Of a stretch of DNA of 64,000 nucleotides, positions 59,793 through 64,000 are shown piece after piece. The notes below the pieces were generated by a model that had not been told where the DNA came from, ran no database searches, and worked only from the letters and a program-made list of their open reading frames with translations. The stretch spans positions 86,881,921-86,945,920 of the forward strand of contig NC_092383.1 of the NCBI RefSeq assembly GCF_030028105.1, read 5' to 3'. A program made the translations under genes and the position numbers. The DNA comes from Mobula birostris (lineage: Eukaryota). Numbering within the stretch: position 1 is the stretch's first letter; each line of letters begins with the position of its first letter.

Positions 59793-62325
59793 TGAATGAC
59801 AGTTCTGGTCGTCCAGAAGATCAACTTTGTCCCTTGAAATCCATTTGCTCTTAATATATCTCAGAATCAGGTTTATTTTCACCAGCATATGTCGTGAAAT
59901 TCGTTAACTTAGCAGCAGCAGATCAATGCAGTAAATAATGTAGAAAAAGAAGAAAAAATAGTAAGACCTTAAGACCATAAGACAAAGGAGCAGAAGTCAG
60001 CCATTCGGCCCATCGAGTCTGCTCTGCCATTTTATCATAAGCTGATCCATTCTCCCATTTAGTCCCACCTGCCCGCCTTCTCACCATAACCTTTGATGCC
60101 CTGGCTACTCAGATACCTATCAATCTCTGCCTTAAATACATCCAATGACTTGGCCTCCACTGCTGCCCGTGGCGACAAATTCCACAGATTCACCACCCTC
60201 TGGCTAAAAAAATTTCTTCGCACCTCTGTTCTGAATGGGCACCCTTCAATCCTTAAGTCATGCCCTCTCGTACTAGACTCCCCCACCATGGGAAACAACT
60301 TTGCCACATCCACCCTGTCCATGCCTTTCAACATTCGAAATGTTTCTATGAGGTCCCCCCCTCATTCTTCTAAACTCCAAGGAGTACAGTCCAAGAGTGG
60401 TCCAACGTTCCTCATATGTTAACCCTCTCATTCCCAGAATCATTCTACTGAATCTTCTCTGAACCCTCTCCAATGTCAGCACATCCTTTCTTAAATAAGG
60501 AACCCAAAGTTGCACACAGTATCCCAAGTGAGGTGTTACCAGTGCCTTATAGACCCTCAAAATCACATCCTTGCTCCTATACTGTATTCCTCTAGAAATA
60601 AATGCCAACATTGCATTCGCCTTCTTCACCACTGACTCAACCTGGAGGTTAACCTTAAGGATATCCTGCACGAGGACTCCTCAGAACTTTGAATTCTCTC
60701 CCCATTTAAATAATTGTCTGCCCATTTATTTCTTCTGCAAAAGTGCATAACCATATACTTTCCAACATTGTATTTCATTTGTCACTTCTTTGTCCATTCT
60801 CCCAATCTATCCAAGGCTCTCTGCAGACTCTCTGTCTCCTCAGCACTTCTAGCTCCTCCATCTATCTTTATATCAGCAACAAACTTAGCCACAAACCCAC
60901 CTATTCCATAATCCAAATCTTTGATGTACAACGTAAAAAGAAGCGGCCCCAACATGGACCCCTGTGGAACACCACTCGTAACCGGCAGCCAACCAGAATA
61001 GGATCCCTTTATTCCCACTCTCTGTTTCCTGCCAATCAGCCAATGCTCTATCCACATATGTAACTTTCCCGTAATTCCATGGGCTCTTATCTTGTTTGGC
61101 AGTCTCATGTGTGGCACCTTGTCAAAGGCCTTCTGAAAATCCAAATACACAACATCCACTGCATCTCCCTTGTCTAGCCTACTTGTAATTTCCTCAAAAA
61201 ATTGCAGTAGGTTTGTCAGGCAGGATTTTCCTTTAAGGAAACCATGCTGAGTTCTGCCTATCTTGTCATATGCCTCCAAGTACCCCATAACTTCATCCTT
61301 AACAATCGACTCCAACAACTTTCCAACCATCGATGTCAAGCTAACAGGTCTATAATTTCCTTTTTGCTTCCTTGTCCCCTTTCTAAATAGTGGGGTGACA
61401 TTTGCAATCTTCCAGTCCTCCGGAACCATGCCAGAATCTATTGACTTTGGAAGATCATTGCTAATGCCTCTGCAATCTCCACAGCTACTTCCTTCAGAAC
61501 ATGAGGGCGTATTCCATCTGGTCTGAGAGATTTATCAACCTTTAGCCTATTTAGCTTCCTGAATACTTTCTTTGTTGTAATTGTGACTGCGCACACTTCT
61601 CTTCCCTGCTACCCTTGAGTGTCCGGTATACTGCTGATGTCTTCCTCAGTGAAGACTGATGCAAAATACTCATTCAGTTCTTCCGCCATCTCCTTATCTC
61701 CCATTAGAATTTCTCCAGCATCATTTTCTATCAGTCCTATATCTGCTCTCACCTGTCTTTTACTCTTTATATACTTGAAAAAGCTTTTAGTATCCTCTTT
61801 GATATTATTTGCTAGCTTCCTTTCATAGTTTATCTTTTCCCTCTTAATGACCTTCTTAGTTTCCTTTTGTAAGCTTTTAAAAACTTCTCAATCCTTTGTC
61901 TTCCCACTAATTTTTGCTTCCTTGCATGCTGTCTCCTTTGCTTTAACTTTGGCTTTGACTTCTCTTGTCAGCCACAGTTGCATCCTTTTCCCATTTGAAA
62001 ATTTCTTTTTTGGAATATATCTGTCTTGCACCTCCTCACTTCTCGCATAAACTCCAGCCACTGCTGCTGTGTCGTCCGTCCCGCTAGTGTCCCTTTCCAG
62101 TCAACTTTGGCCAGTTCCTCTCTCATGCCACTGTAATTTCCTTTACTCCACTGAAATACCGACACATCAGATTTCGGCTTCTCTTTCTCAAATTTCACAG
62201 TGAACTCAATCATGTTATGATCACTGCCTCCTAAGGGTTCCTTCACCTCAATCTCCCTAATCACCTCTGGTTCATTACATAATACCCAATCCAGCACAGC
62301 CGATCCCCTAGTGGGCTCAACAACA

Positions 62326-62805
62326 AACAACAGGAATTCTGCAGATGCTGGAAATTCAAGCAACACACATCAAAATTGTTGGTAAATGCAGCAGGCCAGG
62401 CAGCATCTCTAGGAGGAGGTACAGTCGACGTTTCAGGCCGAGACCCTTCGTCAGGACTAACTGAAGGAAGAGTTAGTAAGGGATTTGAAAGTGGGAGGGG
62501 GAGGGGGAGATCCAAAATGATAGGAGAAGACGGGAGGGGGAGGGATGGAGCCAAGAGCTGGACAAGTGATTGGCAAAGGGGATATGAGAGGATCATGGGA
62601 CAGGAGGTCCAGGGAGAAAGACGGGGAGGGGGGGGGGGCGGAACCAAAGGATGGGCAAGGGGTATAGTCAGAGGGACAGAGGGAGAAAAAGGAGAGTGAG
62701 AGAAAGAATGTGTGTATAAAAATAAATAACAGATGGGGTACGAGGGGGTGGTGGGGCATTAGCGGAAGTTACGAGGGGGAGGTGGGGCATTAGCGGAAGT
62801 TTCAA
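62326..62805 (-). mobile_element. Penelope-like 3' fragment inserted in the CR1
   Basis: 13-bp TSD GGGCTCAACAACA at 62313-62325 and 62806-62818. The minus strand ends an ORF as NFR*, followed by a pyrimidine-rich terminal repeat. Confidence 0.8.
62422..62459 (-). ncRNA. Minimal type I hammerhead ribozyme motif
   Basis: UAGUC-CUGACGA-A-GGGUCUCGGCCU-GAAA-C-GUC/GACUG. Conserved core, stem I UAGUC:GACUG, palindromic ACGU stem III. Confidence 0.65.
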
Positions 62806-64000
62806 GGGCTCAACAACAAGCTGTTCTAAAAAGCCATCTCGTAGACATTCTACAAATTCTCTCTCTTGAGATCCAGTGCCGACCTGATTTTCCCAATCCA
62901 TTCGAATGTTAAAATCCCCCACAATTATCATAACACTGCCCTTCTGACAAGCCTTTACTATTTCCTGTTGTAATTTGTAGTCCACATCCCTGCAGCTGTT
63001 TGGAGGCCTGTACAGAACTGCCATCAGGATTCTTTTACCCCTGCAATTTCTTAGCTCAACCCGTAAAGATTCTGCACCTTCCAATCCTATGTCACCTCTT
63101 TCTAATGATTTAATATCATTTCTTACCAATAAAGCCACGCCACCCCACTTATCATTCCGATACACCGTATATCCTTGGATGTTCAGCTCCCAGATGCATG
63201 CATCTTTTAGCCACAGTATCATACTTGCCAATCTGTAGCCGTATGACAAGATCATCCGCCTTATTCCTTATGCTGCGTGCATTTAAGTACACATCTCAAG
63301 TCTAGTATTTGGTACTTTTTGCATTGATTGCACTGCAATTCATCCCAATGGCTGCAAATTTGCCCCATCACCTGCCTGTCCTTCCTGACATCTTTATTAC
63401 TCACTATCTTAGATTTATTTCTGTTTTGCCCCTCCTCCGCTCTATCATTCCAGTTCCCATCCCCGTGCCAAATTAGTTTAAACCCCCCCTAACAGCTCTA
63501 TTAAACCTTCCCACCGGTATATTATTCCCCCTTGGGTTCAGGTGTAACCCGTCCTTTTTGAACAGGTCGTACTTCCCCCAGAAGAGATCCCAATGATCCA
63601 AGAATCTGAAGCCCTGCCCCCTGCACCAGTCTCTCAGCCACACATTCATCTGCCTGATCCTACTATTCTTGCCCTCACTAGCATGTGGCACAGTAGCAAT
63701 CCTGAGATTACTATCCTGGAAGTTCTACTTCTCAGCTTCCTTACTAACTCCCAGAAATTTCTCTTCAGGACCTTCTCTCTTTTCCTATCTATGTCATTGG
63801 TACCAACATGTACCAAGACAGCTGGCTGCTCTTTCTCTCCCTTCGGAATATTCTGGACCCGATCCAAGACATCTCATACCCTGTCACCTGGGAGGCAACA
63901 CACCATGTGGGTATCTATATCAGGCTCACAGAATCTTCTGTCTGTTCCCCTGACTATGAAATTCCCTATGACTACCGCATTCCTCTTCTCCCTCCTTCCC

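Larger units (their letters stand above)
59962..64000 (-). mobile_element. Near full-length CR1 (ORF1 esterase region plus ORF2), frameshifted, running past the window end
   Basis: SGNH-type ORF1 motifs (VHVGTND, DGLHLN), endonuclease (ELRNCRG..AVLYRPPNS..GDFN), RT motifs and a (CTTATGGT)n tail. Confidence 0.93.

Overview
Repeat-rich vertebrate genomic DNA, most likely from a cartilaginous fish (ray or shark), inferred from the repeat families and gene type. Most of the window is nested transposable-element debris: CR1, Rex1/Babar, L1, RTE and Penelope-like retroelements, three solo LTRs with exact target-site duplications (TSDs), and hAT, Tigger, Tc1 and mariner DNA transposons. Scattered on the + strand are exons of a tandem cluster of CD300/pIgR-like immunoglobulin-superfamily receptor genes. 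Gene A has a V exon at 3601-3920 (1-nt frameshift), stalk exons, and an Arg-containing transmembrane (TM) exon with a short tail (activating type). There is a leader exon at 20429 and a decayed V pseudo-exon at about 23130-23330. Gene B has a V exon at 41175, a C2-type Ig exon at 42615 and an ITIM-bearing exon at 45695 (inhibitory type, several lesions). A further leader exon at 51337 has no V exon inside the window. Exon models were read by eye from splice signals and reading phase and have no transcript support. There are no CRISPR arrays, rRNA or tRNA genes. Most TE fragment boundaries are approximate unless a TSD is given.
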